From Bacteroides sp. (lineage in GTDB: Bacteria; Bacteroidota; Bacteroidia; Bacteroidales; Bacteroidaceae): a stretch of DNA of 64,000 nt. Shown here piece by piece: positions 1 through 10,752 of this stretch. The stretch spans positions 23,221 through 87,220 of the forward strand of contig JAVBVD010000008.1 of the NCBI GenBank assembly GCA_031554635.1, in the 5' to 3' direction. Numbering within the stretch: position 1 is the stretch's first letter; every line of letters starts with the position of its first letter. The notes under the pieces are model-generated. The model was not told the origin of the DNA. It made no database searches and worked only from the letters and a program-made list of their open reading frames with translations. The translations under genes were made by a program, and so were the position numbers.

Positions 1-648
1 CACCTCGTATTCCACCTCTTTCCAGCCCCGTAGCGATTTTTCGACTAATACTTGAGGTGAGAAAGAGAACGCCTTTTCTACCAATACGTTAAGTTGTTCT
101 TCGTTGTCGCAGAAACCGGAGCCCAGACCGCCCAGTGCGTATGCTGCCCGGATAATCACCGGATAACCCAGGGTAGCAGCTGCCCGGCGGGCGTCGGCTG
201 CATTTTCCACCGCTTCGCTTTGGATGGTTTTCACGTCGATCTCGTTCAGTTTGTTCACGAACAGTTCGCGATCTTCCGTGTCGATGATGGCTTGTACGGG
301 CGTTCCCAGTACCTGTAAGTTGTATTTTTCCAGGATGCCTTCTTTGTATAAGGCCACCCCGCAGTTCAGGGCGGTTTGTCCGCCGAAAGCGAGCATGATG
401 CCTTCGGGCTTCTCCTTCTGAATCACCTTCTCTACGAAGTAGGGAGTCACGGGGAGGAAGTAGATCTGATCGGCTACCCCTTCGGAGGTCTGTACCGTGG
501 CGATGTTGGGGTTGATCAGGATGGTTTCGATGCCTTCCTCTTTCAAGGCTTTGAGCGCTTGCGAGCCCGAGTAGTCGAACTCACCCGCTTCGCCGATCTT
601 CAGGGCGCCGGAACCCAATAGTAATACTTTCTTTATCTTTTCAGTCAT
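1..648 (-). CDS. carB: Carbamoyl-phosphate synthase large subunit, 5' part (runs off window start)
   Basis: Manual translation from ATG at 648: [55 protein letters not shown], the CarB N-terminus; directly downstream of carA. Confidence 0.95.
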   Translation of the reverse strand, partial: MTEKIKKVLLLGSGALKIGEAGEFDYSGSQALKALKEEGIETILINPNIATVQTSEGVADQIYFLPVTPYFVEKVIQKEKPEGIMLAFGGQTALNCGVALYKEGILEKYNLQVLGTPVQAIIDTEDRELFVNKLNEIDVKTIQSEAVENAADARRAAATLGYPVIIRAAYALGGLGSGFCDNEEQLNVLVEKAFSFSPQVLVEKSLRGWKEVEYEV

Positions 649-658
649 GGGATGGGAT

Positions 659-1735
<1,077 letters not shown>

Positions 1736-1746
1736 ATATGTTTTGT

Positions 1747-1776
1747 AAAAAAAAGGCTGTCCCGGTGAGGACAGCC
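1747..1776 (-). terminator. Intrinsic terminator/attenuator between purF and carA
   Basis: Minus strand GGCTGTCC-TCACCG-GGACAGCC perfect 8-bp stem followed by U8. Confidence 0.8.
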
Positions 1777-1781
1777 AAACG

Positions 1782-3659
1782 CTAAAACTGATATAATTGT
1801 TCGATATAATTAATAAATGCTTCGTTGAGCAGCTTTACCCCACCCGGAGTTGGATAATCGCCGGAGAAATACCAATCCCCCTTGTTGGCGGGACAGGCCT
1901 CGTGCAACCCCTTGAGCGGCTGGTAAACAATCTCCACCTTGGCACGTATGCCGGCAGGCGTGAGCAGTTCCACCATCTTGGCAGAGATCTCTTCGTCGTT
2001 GAAAGGCGCGTAAATATCTTTCACGTAATTCACCAGTTGTTCCTTCGGCAGTTTCACCTGGTCTTTCGACTTCCGGTAGGCCGAAGCGATGACGTCCTTC
2101 ATGTCCCGTTCTTTCAGCAGTTCGATGGCGGCCTTGAAAGCGATGAACTCGCTCATCCGGGCCATGTCGATGCCGTAATAGTCGGGATAACGCACTTGCG
2201 GAGAAGAAGAGACGATGATGATCTTCCGGGGATTCAGGCGGTCGAGGATGCTGATGATGCTCTGTCTCAGGGTAGTCCCTCGCACGATGCTGTCGTCGAT
2301 GATCACCAGATTATCGACATTCGGTACCAGACTGCCGTACGTGATGTCGTACACATGCGTGGCCAGGTCGTTGCGACTGTTGCCCTCGGCAATGAACGTA
2401 CGCAGTTTGATGTCCTTGATGGCCACCTTCTCCGAGCGGATGCGCCGGGATAGGATCGCCTCCAGTTCATCGGTACTGGGGTTGTGTCCCAGGGCAGCGA
2501 TTTGTTGCGCCTTTTCTTTGTTCAGATGGTCGTCCAGTCCTTGCAGCATTCCGTAGAACGCCACTTCGGCTGTATTGGGTATAAACGAAAATACCGTATG
2601 GTCGAGGTCGTTGTTGATGGCTTTCAGGATGCGTGGTACGAGCTTCTCGCCCAGCTGCTTGCGTTCCTTGTAAATATCCACGTCGCTTCCCCGTGAGAAG
2701 TAGATCCGCTCGAAGGAGCAAGCCCGCTTCTCCTGCGCTTTGTTGATACGCGCCAGACGCAGTTCGCCCGCTTTGTTGATGAGCAATGCCTGACCCGGTT
2801 GAAGTTCCTTGATCTCCCCGGCAGGCACGTTCAGCGCCGTCTGTATCACCGGTCGTTCGGAGGCCAGCACGGCAATCTCCTCATCGGCATACCAATAAGC
2901 GGGACGAATGCCCCACGGGTCGCGAATGGTGAAGCTCTCCCCGCTTCCGGTGAGTCCGCTGATGACGTACCCTCCGTCCCACTCCCGGCTCGATGTGCGC
3001 AGCACATTCGCCAGGTCGATGTGATCCTCTATATAATGAGTGATGTCCATGCCGGTGAGCCCCTCGGCTTCGGCCATGTTGAACACCCGTTCCACTTCCC
3101 GGTCCAGGCGGTGTCCCACCTGTTCGAGCATGATGTACGTGTCGGCGTATTTGCGGGGATGCTGTCCGATGGCTGTGATACGGGCGAATATCTCGTCTAC
3201 GTTCGTCATATTGAAGTTGCCGCACAGCGCCAGGTTCTTGGCCCGCCAGTTGTTGCGTCGCAGAAACGGATGTACGTACGATATACCCGACCGTCCGGTG
3301 GTGCTGTAGCGCAGGTGGCCGATGTACACCTCTCCGGCAAAGGGCATGGTGCCTTTCACGTAGTCTACATCGTGCAGTTGTTGGGGTGTGAGGTCTTTGA
3401 AATAGGTGTGCACCGTGTCGAATATCTCGGTGATGGCATTCGACCCTTCGGCGCGTTCACGGAACATATATTCCTCTCCCGGATCGGATTGCAGTTTGAC
3501 ACATGCCAATCCGGCTCCTTCCTGACCCCGGTTATGTTGCTTCTCCATCAGCAAATACAGTTTGTTCAAGCCGTACATCCAGGTACCATACTTCTTTTCG
3601 TAGTACTCCAGCGGTTTGAGCAAACGGATCATGGCTACGCCACATTCATGTTTTAGCAT
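1782..3659 (-). CDS. purF: Amidophosphoribosyltransferase (Bacteroidetes long form)
   Basis: HECGV N-terminus, RGQEGAG, GHLRYST, PRPP-binding VIIDDSIVRGTT. Confidence 0.93.
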   Translation of the reverse strand: MLKHECGVAMIRLLKPLEYYEKKYGTWMYGLNKLYLLMEKQHNRGQEGAGLACVKLQSDPGEEYMFRERAEGSNAITEIFDTVHTYFKDLTPQQLHDVDYVKGTMPFAGEVYIGHLRYSTTGRSGISYVHPFLRRNNWRAKNLALCGNFNMTNVDEIFARITAIGQHPRKYADTYIMLEQVGHRLDREVERVFNMAEAEGLTGMDITHYIEDHIDLANVLRTSSREWDGGYVISGLTGSGESFTIRDPWGIRPAYWYADEEIAVLASERPVIQTALNVPAGEIKELQPGQALLINKAGELRLARINKAQEKRACSFERIYFSRGSDVDIYKERKQLGEKLVPRILKAINNDLDHTVFSFIPNTAEVAFYGMLQGLDDHLNKEKAQQIAALGHNPSTDELEAILSRRIRSEKVAIKDIKLRTFIAEGNSRNDLATHVYDITYGSLVPNVDNLVIIDDSIVRGTTLRQSIISILDRLNPRKIIIVSSSPQVRYPDYYGIDMARMSEFIAFKAAIELLKERDMKDVIASAYRKSKDQVKLPKEQLVNYVKDIYAPFNDEEISAKMVELLTPAGIRAKVEIVYQPLKGLHEACPANKGDWYFSGDYPTPGGVKLLNEAFINYIEQLYQF

Positions 3660-3720
3660 TCGGAACTAAAAGTTATTAATTAAAAATTATGTGTTTTCGA
3701 TGATGAAGGAGGATCTTCCC

Positions 3721-3801
3721 ATATCCTAAGAGGATAATTTCATATCCTCTTAGGATAATGTATTATCCTCTTAGGTTTGTATATTATCCTCTTAGGATAT
3801 T
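3721..3801. repeat. Tandem array, 4 x 21-bp palindromic unit (TATCCT-CTT-AGGATA core)
   Basis: ATCCT starts at 3723, 3744, 3765, 3786 (exact 21-bp period). Confidence 0.9.
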
Positions 3802-3836
3802 TCCCCTTTCATTCATCTATTCTTTTTTTCAAAAAC

Positions 3837-5681
3837 TTATTCCACCGTGACGGATTTCGCCAGATTCCTCGGCTGGTCCACATCCATGCCTTTGCACACC
3901 GCTACGTGATACGCCAGCAATTGCAAGGGTACTGTAGTAATCAACGAATCCAGACACTCTAATGTTCCCGGAAGTTCGATGCAATAATCGGCGATCTTGC
4001 TGATAACCGTATCTCCCTCGGTTACGATGGCTATTACCCGGCCTTTGCGCGCTTTGATCTCCTGTATGTTGCTCAGGACTTTTTCGTACAAACCGTTCTG
4101 GGTAGCGATGACCACTACCGGCATTTCGGCATCGATCAGGGCGATGGGCCCATGCTTCATTTCGGCCGCCGGATAACCTTCGGCGTGAATATACGAAATT
4201 TCTTTCAATTTCAAAGCACCTTCGAGCGCCACCGGATAACTATACCCCCGGCCCAGGTAGATGAAGTTATGCGCGTATGTAAATATCTTTGCCAACTCGG
4301 CTATCTGATCGTTGAGCGTCAGTACCTGTTTCATTTTCTCGGGTATCTGCCTGAGTTCGTTCACCACGTTCAGGAACTGCTCCCGGGTGATGGTTTCTTT
4401 CTGCCGTGCCAGCGTCAGTGCCAGCATGGTGAGCACCGTCACCTGTCCGGTGAAGGCTTTGGTCGATGCCACCCCGATTTCCGGTCCTACATGGATGTAT
4501 GAACCCGTGTGGGTAGCCCGTGGAATGGACGAACCGATGGCGTTGCAGATGCCGTAGATGAAAGCTCCCCGGCTCTTAGCCAGTTCCACGGCGGCCAGCG
4601 TATCGGCCGTTTCGCCGCTCTGGGAGATGGCTATCACCACATCGTCGGCATTGATCACCGGGTCGCGGTAGCGGAATTCCGACGCGTACTCCACCTCCAC
4701 CGGTATGCGGCAGAAGCTTTCGATGAGATGCTTGCCGATGAGTCCGGCATGCCACGAAGTACCGCACGCCACGATGATGAAGCGTCGGGCATTGAGCAGT
4801 TTTTGCTTGTGGTCGATGATGGCCGACAGTACCACGCTCGTACCTTCTACGTTCACGCGTCCGCGCATGCAATCGTATATACAGTCGGGCTGTTCGAAAA
4901 TCTCTTTCAGCATGAAGTGCGGATAACCGCCTTTTTCCAGCTGTCCCAGCTTCAGCTCCACCTTTTTCACTTCGGGAGTCATTTCCGCATTGTCCAGGTC
5001 CACTACCCGGAGTTCTTTTCCCCGGCGTATCACCGCGATTTCCTGATCCTCCAGGTACACCACCTTGTCGGTATACTCCACAATGGGCGTAGCGTCCGAA
5101 GCCAGGAAGAACTCATTCTCGCCGATGCCCACTACCAACGGACTGCTTTTGCGGGCGGCGATGATCTCGTCCGGATGATCTTTTTCCAACACGGCGATGG
5201 CATATGCGCCAATGACCTCGCCCAGTGCCAGTTGCACGGCGGCCAGCAGATCTACGTTGTTGGCGACTTTGAAATATTCGATGAGTTGAACAAGGACTTC
5301 GGTGTCGGTACTGCTTTTGAATTCGTACCCTTTGCTTTGAAGTTTATCTTTGAGGGCGGCGTAGTTTTCGATGATGCCGTTGTGGATGAGGGCAAGCGTT
5401 TCGGAGGAGGAATAATGAGGATGGGCGTTGACGGAACAGGGTTCTCCGTGGGTTGCCCAGCGCGTGTGCGCAATACCAATGTTACCGGAAATGTCTTTTT
5501 GTTCGACGAAACTTTCCAACTCGGAGACCTTTCCTTTCGTCTTGTAAACGTTCAACTGCTGATTGTTACTAATCAATGCTACCCCGGCACTGTCATATCC
5601 TCGATATTCCAGTCGTTTCAGTCCCTTTATCAGGATGGGGTAGGCTTCTTTTTTACCAATGTAACCTACAATTCCACACAT
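3837..5681 (-). CDS. glmS: Glutamine--fructose-6-phosphate transaminase (start moved to MCGIVG at 5681)
   Basis: MCGIVGY, LEYRGYDSAG, HTRWATHG, C-terminal PRNLAKSVTVE. Confidence 0.97.
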   Translation of the reverse strand: MCGIVGYIGKKEAYPILIKGLKRLEYRGYDSAGVALISNNQQLNVYKTKGKVSELESFVEQKDISGNIGIAHTRWATHGEPCSVNAHPHYSSSETLALIHNGIIENYAALKDKLQSKGYEFKSSTDTEVLVQLIEYFKVANNVDLLAAVQLALGEVIGAYAIAVLEKDHPDEIIAARKSSPLVVGIGENEFFLASDATPIVEYTDKVVYLEDQEIAVIRRGKELRVVDLDNAEMTPEVKKVELKLGQLEKGGYPHFMLKEIFEQPDCIYDCMRGRVNVEGTSVVLSAIIDHKQKLLNARRFIIVACGTSWHAGLIGKHLIESFCRIPVEVEYASEFRYRDPVINADDVVIAISQSGETADTLAAVELAKSRGAFIYGICNAIGSSIPRATHTGSYIHVGPEIGVASTKAFTGQVTVLTMLALTLARQKETITREQFLNVVNELRQIPEKMKQVLTLNDQIAELAKIFTYAHNFIYLGRGYSYPVALEGALKLKEISYIHAEGYPAAEMKHGPIALIDAEMPVVVIATQNGLYEKVLSNIQEIKARKGRVIAIVTEGDTVISKIADYCIELPGTLECLDSLITTVPLQLLAYHVAVCKGMDVDQPRNLAKSVTVE

Positions 5682-5703
5682 ATTTTCTAGTTTTATTCGG
5701 CGG

Positions 5704-5711
5704 CAAATATA
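5704..5711 (-). promoter_or_regulatory. Bacteroidetes -7 promoter element for glmS
   Basis: TATATTTG on minus strand ~22 nt upstream of the glmS ATG. Confidence 0.65.
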
Positions 5712-5980
5712 CGTATTAATATTTACATAAAGACAATGAAAGCCATTTTTGTTTGACATAAGTATATAAAAAAGTAGTTTTCAAAGCTTTTTGTTAAATT
5801 ATCTATTATTTATCTCTCAAAAAGAAAGTGCTTACAAATGAAAAAGAATTTGACGGTATCGTATTTCAATTTGATAGCATAACTTACTAAACACATTACA
5901 AATTATAATGTTTACTACTTCTTTTCTTATTTTACGTCACAAAAAACATCGTTTAATGTGTCATTATGAAATTAATTGTT

Positions 5981-5988
5981 TATTTTTG
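5981..5988 (+). promoter_or_regulatory. Bacteroidetes -7 promoter element for gltB
   Basis: TATTTTTG upstream of gltB in the AT-rich divergent region. Confidence 0.55.
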
Positions 5989-6040
5989 CAGAACATTTGG
6001 ATAAAAAAATATCTGTTGCACTATTATAATGATACAAAAA

Positions 6041-9000
6041 ATGAGGAAACAAGAACTTTTTAACAACAGAAAGAAGGCAACTCCCTACCAACAAAAGTAC
6101 GACCGCATCGGACTCTACGATGCAGCCAACGAGCACGATGCCTGTGGTGTGGGCATGCTGGTGAATATTCACGGAGAAAAATCGCACGACATTGTGGAAT
6201 CGGCCCTGAAAGTATTGGAGAATATGAATCACCGGGGCGCGGAAGGCGCCGACAACAAAACGGGCGACGGAGCAGGTATCCTGTTGCAGATTCCGCATGA
6301 ATTCATCTTGCTGCAAGGCATTCCCGTTCCCGAGAAGGGACGGTATGGTACCGGACTGCTCTTCCTGCCGAAGGACGAGGCCGACCGTGCGGCCATCCTG
6401 AGTATCTTCATCGAAGAAGTGGAAAAAGAAGGATTGTCGCTGATGCACCTGCGCAACGTCCCTACCCGTCCGGAGATCCTGGGTGAATCGGCTCTGGCCA
6501 ACGAACCGGACATCAAGCAGGTGTTCATCACCGGATTTACCGATGCCGCCACGGCGGACCGCCGGCTGTACGTCATCCGGAAGCGGATCGAGAACCGGGT
6601 ACGCCTCTCGGGCATTCCCTCGCGCAGCGATTTTTACATCGTTTCGCTCTCCACCCGCAACATTATATATAAAGGTATGCTGTCGTCGTTGCAACTGCGC
6701 AACTATTTCCCCGACCTGACCAATAATTACTTCACCAGCGGACTGGCGTTGGTACACTCGCGTTTCAGCACCAATACGTTTCCCACCTGGGGATTGGCGC
6801 AACCGTTCCGCCTGCTGGCGCACAACGGCGAGATCAATACCATCCGTGGCAACCGCGGCTGGATGGAAGCCCGTGAAAGCGTACTCTCCTCGCCTGCCCT
6901 GGGCGATATCCGGGAGATACGTCCCATCGTGCAGCCGGGCATGAGCGACAGCGCTTCGCTGGATAATGTGCTGGAGTTCCTCGTTATGTCGGGGCTGAGT
7001 CTTCCGCATGCCATGGCCATGCTGGTGCCCGAATCGTTCAACGAGAAGAACCCCATCAGCGAAGAGTTGAAAGCATTCTACGAATACCACTCCATCCTGA
7101 TGGAGCCTTGGGACGGTCCGGCAGCCCTGCTGTTCAGCGACGGACGGTTTGCCGGTGGCATGCTCGACCGCAACGGTCTGCGCCCGGCACGTTACCTCAT
7201 CACCCGCAGCGACATGATGGTGGTGGCGTCCGAAGTGGGCGTAATGGATTTCGAACCGTCGGAGATCAAGAAGAAAGGTCGCCTGCAACCGGGAAAAATT
7301 CTGCTTATCGACACCGAGAAGGGCGAAATATACTATGACGGCGATTTGAAGCGGGAATTGGCGCAGGCCAAGTCATACCGCACCTGGCTGGCTACCAACC
7401 GCATCGAGCTCGATGAGCTGAAAAGCGGTCGCAAAGTAGCGCACGGGGTGGCCGATTACCAGCGGATGCTGCGTGTATTCGGCTATTCCAAGGAAGATGT
7501 GGAGAAGATCATCACGCCGATGGCCGCTACCGGTGCCGAGCCTACCAGTTCGATGGGTAACGATACGCCGCTGGCTATTCTTTCCGAACAGCCACAACTG
7601 CTGTACAACTACTTCCGGCAGCAGTTTGCCCAGGTTACCAACCCTCCCATCGACCCGATACGCGAGGAGTTGGTGATGTCGCTCACCGAATACATCGGCG
7701 CTGTGGGCATGAACATCCTCACGCCCAACGAGAGCCATTGCAAAATGGTGCGCCTCAAGCATCCGATATTGACGAATACACAGTTGGATATTCTTTGTAA
7801 CATTCGCTACAAGGGGTTCAAGACCGTCAAGCTTTCGATTGTTTTCGATGCTGCCCGGGGAAAGGCAGGTTTGCAGGAAGCCTTGGCCGATCTTTGCCGG
7901 CAGGCGGAATCGTCCGTTGCCGAAGGGGTGAACTACATTGTCCTCACCGATAGGGATGTGGATGCTACGCATGCGGCTATTCCTTCGTTGCTGGCCGTGA
8001 GCGCCGTGCACCATCATCTCATTTCTGTGGGGAAACGGGTGCAGACGGCGTTGGTGGTCGAAAGCGGTGAGATCCGCGAGGTGATGCATGCGGCTTTGCT
8101 GCTCGGCTTTGGGGCGAGTGCGCTCAATCCGTACATGGCATTTGCTATTCTCGATACGTTGGTGGCTAACCAGGAAGTGCAGCTCGACTATGCTACGGCT
8201 GAGAAGAACTACATCAAGGCCATCTGCAAGGGACTGTTCAAGATTATGAGCAAGATGGGTATTTCTACCATTCGTTCCTACCGGGGTGCCAAGATATTCG
8301 AGGCGGTGGGATTGAGCGAGGAGCTGAGTAAAACGTACTTCGGCGGACTAGGTTCGGGTATCGGGGGGATTCGACTGGAAGAGGTAGCGAAGGATGCTGT
8401 TGCTTTTCATCAAGGGGGATTCGCACCGGTGCTTTCTATCGGGCAGCATGGCGGAGAGGCTCTCAGCAGTCGTGTTTCTGCTCATCCTGAGCCCGATGAG
8501 ATGCTTCCCAACAAAGGAATCTACTCCTTCCGCAAAGACGGCGAACAACACGCCTGGAACCCGGAAACCATCAGCACCCTGCAACTCGCCACCCGACTGG
8601 GCAGTTACAAGAAATTCAAAGAATTCACTTCGCTGGTCGACGGCAAAGAAGCTCCGATCTTTTTGCGCGATTTCCTCGACTTCAAGCGAAGCCCCATCTC
8701 CATAGACCGGGTGGAACCGGTGGAAAACATCCTGCGACGCTTCGTTACCGGAGCCATGAGTTACGGTTCCATCAGCCGCGAAGCGCACGAAGCCATGGCC
8801 ATCGCCATGAACAAAATCCACGGTCGGAGTAACACCGGCGAAGGTGGTGAAGACGCCGCCCGCTTCCATCCGCTCGAAGACGGGACATCGCTCCGCAGCG
8901 CCATCAAACAGGTAGCATCGGGACGGTTTGGCGTCACAGCCGAATACCTGGTAAATGCCGACGAGATACAAATCAAGATCGCGCAGGGAGCCAAGCCCGG

Positions 9001-10741
9001 CGAAGGTGGTCAGCTTCCGGGTTACAAAGTGGACCAGGTGATTGCCAAGACCCGGCACTCCATTCCCGGTATCTCGCTCATATCGCCTCCCCCGCACCAT
9101 GATATCTACTCCATCGAGGATCTGGCACAACTCATCTTCGACTTGAAAAATGTCAATCCGAAGGCGAAGATCAGCGTGAAGCTGGTAGCCGAAAGCGGTG
9201 TGGGTACCATTGCCGCCGGGGTAGCCAAGGCGAAAGCCGACCTCATCGTCATCTCCGGTGCCGAAGGGGGTACAGGAGCATCGCCTGCCTCTTCCATCCG
9301 TTACGCAGGTATATCGCCGGAACTGGGACTGAGCGAAACCCAACAAACACTGGTGCTGAACGGACTGCGCGGACAGGTGATGCTGCAAGTAGACGGTCAG
9401 CTGAAAACCGGTCGGGACATCGTGCTGATGGCTATGCTCGGGGCGGAAGAGTTTGGTTTTGCTACCTCGGCGCTTATCGTATTGGGCTGCGTCATGATGC
9501 GTAAATGTCACATGAATACCTGTCCGGTAGGTGTGGCTACTCAGAACGAAGAGCTTCGCAAACGCTTCCGTGGGCACAGCGAGTACCTGGTCAACTTCTT
9601 CACCTTCCTGGCGCAGGAGGTACGGGAGCAGTTGGCAGAACTCGGCGTAGAGAAGTTGGACGACATTGTGGGGCGTACGGATCTGATTCTTCGCAAACCG
9701 GCCAGCCAGTCGGCAAGTCAGGCAGTCAATGCTACATCAGGAAATCCTGGTACATTCCCGGCAAAACAACCGTTCCCGATCGAAGCTACCGGTAACGCAT
9801 CGTCATCAATCCGTAAAACCGACCTGATCGACTTCAGCCGGATGTTGAAGCGCATCGACACACCTGCCGCTATCCGTCACATCATCGACCAGGAGCACGG
9901 CATCTCGGATGTGAAAGATGTGGAGATGATACATGCCGCCAAAGGAGCCATCGAGTTCCGCAAGGAAGTATCGCTGGAATACACCATCGCCAATACCGAC
10001 CGTTCCTGCGGGGCCATGCTCTCGGGCATCATCGCTTCCCGGTATGGTGAAGCCGGACTGCCCGAGCACACCCTCAACGTGAAGTTCAAGGGATCGGCCG
10101 GACAGTCGTTCGGGGCTTTCCTTGTGCCGGGAGTCAACTTCAAACTCGAAGGCGAAGCCAACGACTACCTGGGCAAAGGACTCAGCGGCGGACGCATCGC
10201 CGTGCTGCCTCCGGTACGTTCCAACTTCGAGGCCGAAGAGAACACCATCGCCGGAAACACGCTGCTCTACGGGGCCACCAGCGGTGAGGTGTACATCAAC
10301 GGATGCGTAGGCGAACGGTTTGCCGTGCGCAACTCCGGCGCCATCGCGGTAGTCGAAGGCGTAGGCGATCACTGTTGCGAGTACATGACCGGCGGACGCG
10401 TGGTAGTCCTAGGTCGTACCGGGCGCAACTTCGCCGCCGGAATGAGCGGAGGCGTGGCCTACGTGTGGAACCGGGAGGGCAACTTCGACTACTTCTGTAA
10501 CATGGAGATGGTGGAACTTTCCCTCATCGAGGAAGCGAGCTACCGCAAGGAACTGCACGAGCTGATCCGCCAGCACTACCTCTACACCGGGTCGAAGATG
10601 GCCCGTACGATGCTCGATAACTGGAACCGCTATGTGGACGAGTTTATCCAGGTAGTGCCCATCGAGTACAAGAAAGTATTACAAGAAGAGCAAATGAAGA
10701 AGTTGCAACTCCGCATTGCCGAAATGCAACGCGACTATTAA
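6041..10741 (+). CDS. gltB: Glutamate synthase large subunit (likely start 6041; ORF extends to 6029)
   Basis: EHDACGVG, HSRFSTNT, SNTGEGGED, QGAKPGEGGQLPG, CHMNTCPVG, C-terminal GXGXG domain. Confidence 0.98.
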   Translation: MRKQELFNNRKKATPYQQKYDRIGLYDAANEHDACGVGMLVNIHGEKSHDIVESALKVLENMNHRGAEGADNKTGDGAGILLQIPHEFILLQGIPVPEKGRYGTGLLFLPKDEADRAAILSIFIEEVEKEGLSLMHLRNVPTRPEILGESALANEPDIKQVFITGFTDAATADRRLYVIRKRIENRVRLSGIPSRSDFYIVSLSTRNIIYKGMLSSLQLRNYFPDLTNNYFTSGLALVHSRFSTNTFPTWGLAQPFRLLAHNGEINTIRGNRGWMEARESVLSSPALGDIREIRPIVQPGMSDSASLDNVLEFLVMSGLSLPHAMAMLVPESFNEKNPISEELKAFYEYHSILMEPWDGPAALLFSDGRFAGGMLDRNGLRPARYLITRSDMMVVASEVGVMDFEPSEIKKKGRLQPGKILLIDTEKGEIYYDGDLKRELAQAKSYRTWLATNRIELDELKSGRKVAHGVADYQRMLRVFGYSKEDVEKIITPMAATGAEPTSSMGNDTPLAILSEQPQLLYNYFRQQFAQVTNPPIDPIREELVMSLTEYIGAVGMNILTPNESHCKMVRLKHPILTNTQLDILCNIRYKGFKTVKLSIVFDAARGKAGLQEALADLCRQAESSVAEGVNYIVLTDRDVDATHAAIPSLLAVSAVHHHLISVGKRVQTALVVESGEIREVMHAALLLGFGASALNPYMAFAILDTLVANQEVQLDYATAEKNYIKAICKGLFKIMSKMGISTIRSYRGAKIFEAVGLSEELSKTYFGGLGSGIGGIRLEEVAKDAVAFHQGGFAPVLSIGQHGGEALSSRVSAHPEPDEMLPNKGIYSFRKDGEQHAWNPETISTLQLATRLGSYKKFKEFTSLVDGKEAPIFLRDFLDFKRSPISIDRVEPVENILRRFVTGAMSYGSISREAHEAMAIAMNKIHGRSNTGEGGEDAARFHPLEDGTSLRSAIKQVASGRFGVTAEYLVNADEIQIKIAQGAKPGEGGQLPGYKVDQVIAKTRHSIPGISLISPPPHHDIYSIEDLAQLIFDLKNVNPKAKISVKLVAESGVGTIAAGVAKAKADLIVISGAEGGTGASPASSIRYAGISPELGLSETQQTLVLNGLRGQVMLQVDGQLKTGRDIVLMAMLGAEEFGFATSALIVLGCVMMRKCHMNTCPVGVATQNEELRKRFRGHSEYLVNFFTFLAQEVREQLAELGVEKLDDIVGRTDLILRKPASQSASQAVNATSGNPGTFPAKQPFPIEATGNASSSIRKTDLIDFSRMLKRIDTPAAIRHIIDQEHGISDVKDVEMIHAAKGAIEFRKEVSLEYTIANTDRSCGAMLSGIIASRYGEAGLPEHTLNVKFKGSAGQSFGAFLVPGVNFKLEGEANDYLGKGLSGGRIAVLPPVRSNFEAEENTIAGNTLLYGATSGEVYINGCVGERFAVRNSGAIAVVEGVGDHCCEYMTGGRVVVLGRTGRNFAAGMSGGVAYVWNREGNFDYFCNMEMVELSLIEEASYRKELHELIRQHYLYTGSKMARTMLDNWNRYVDEFIQVVPIEYKKVLQEEQMKKLQLRIAEMQRDY

Positions 10742-10752
10742 AGATAAAAATT

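Noticed and set aside
5682-5760. glmS ribozyme and extended glmS N-terminus
   Set aside because: Promoter lies about 22 nt from the ATG, leaving no room; GlmS needs Cys at position 2, fixing the start at 5681
4509-9577. Long antisense ORFs (e.g. 4509-5690, 5972-7288, 8348-9577) and similar ones across the window
   Set aside because: Shadow frames of GC-rich real genes with no recognisable motifs
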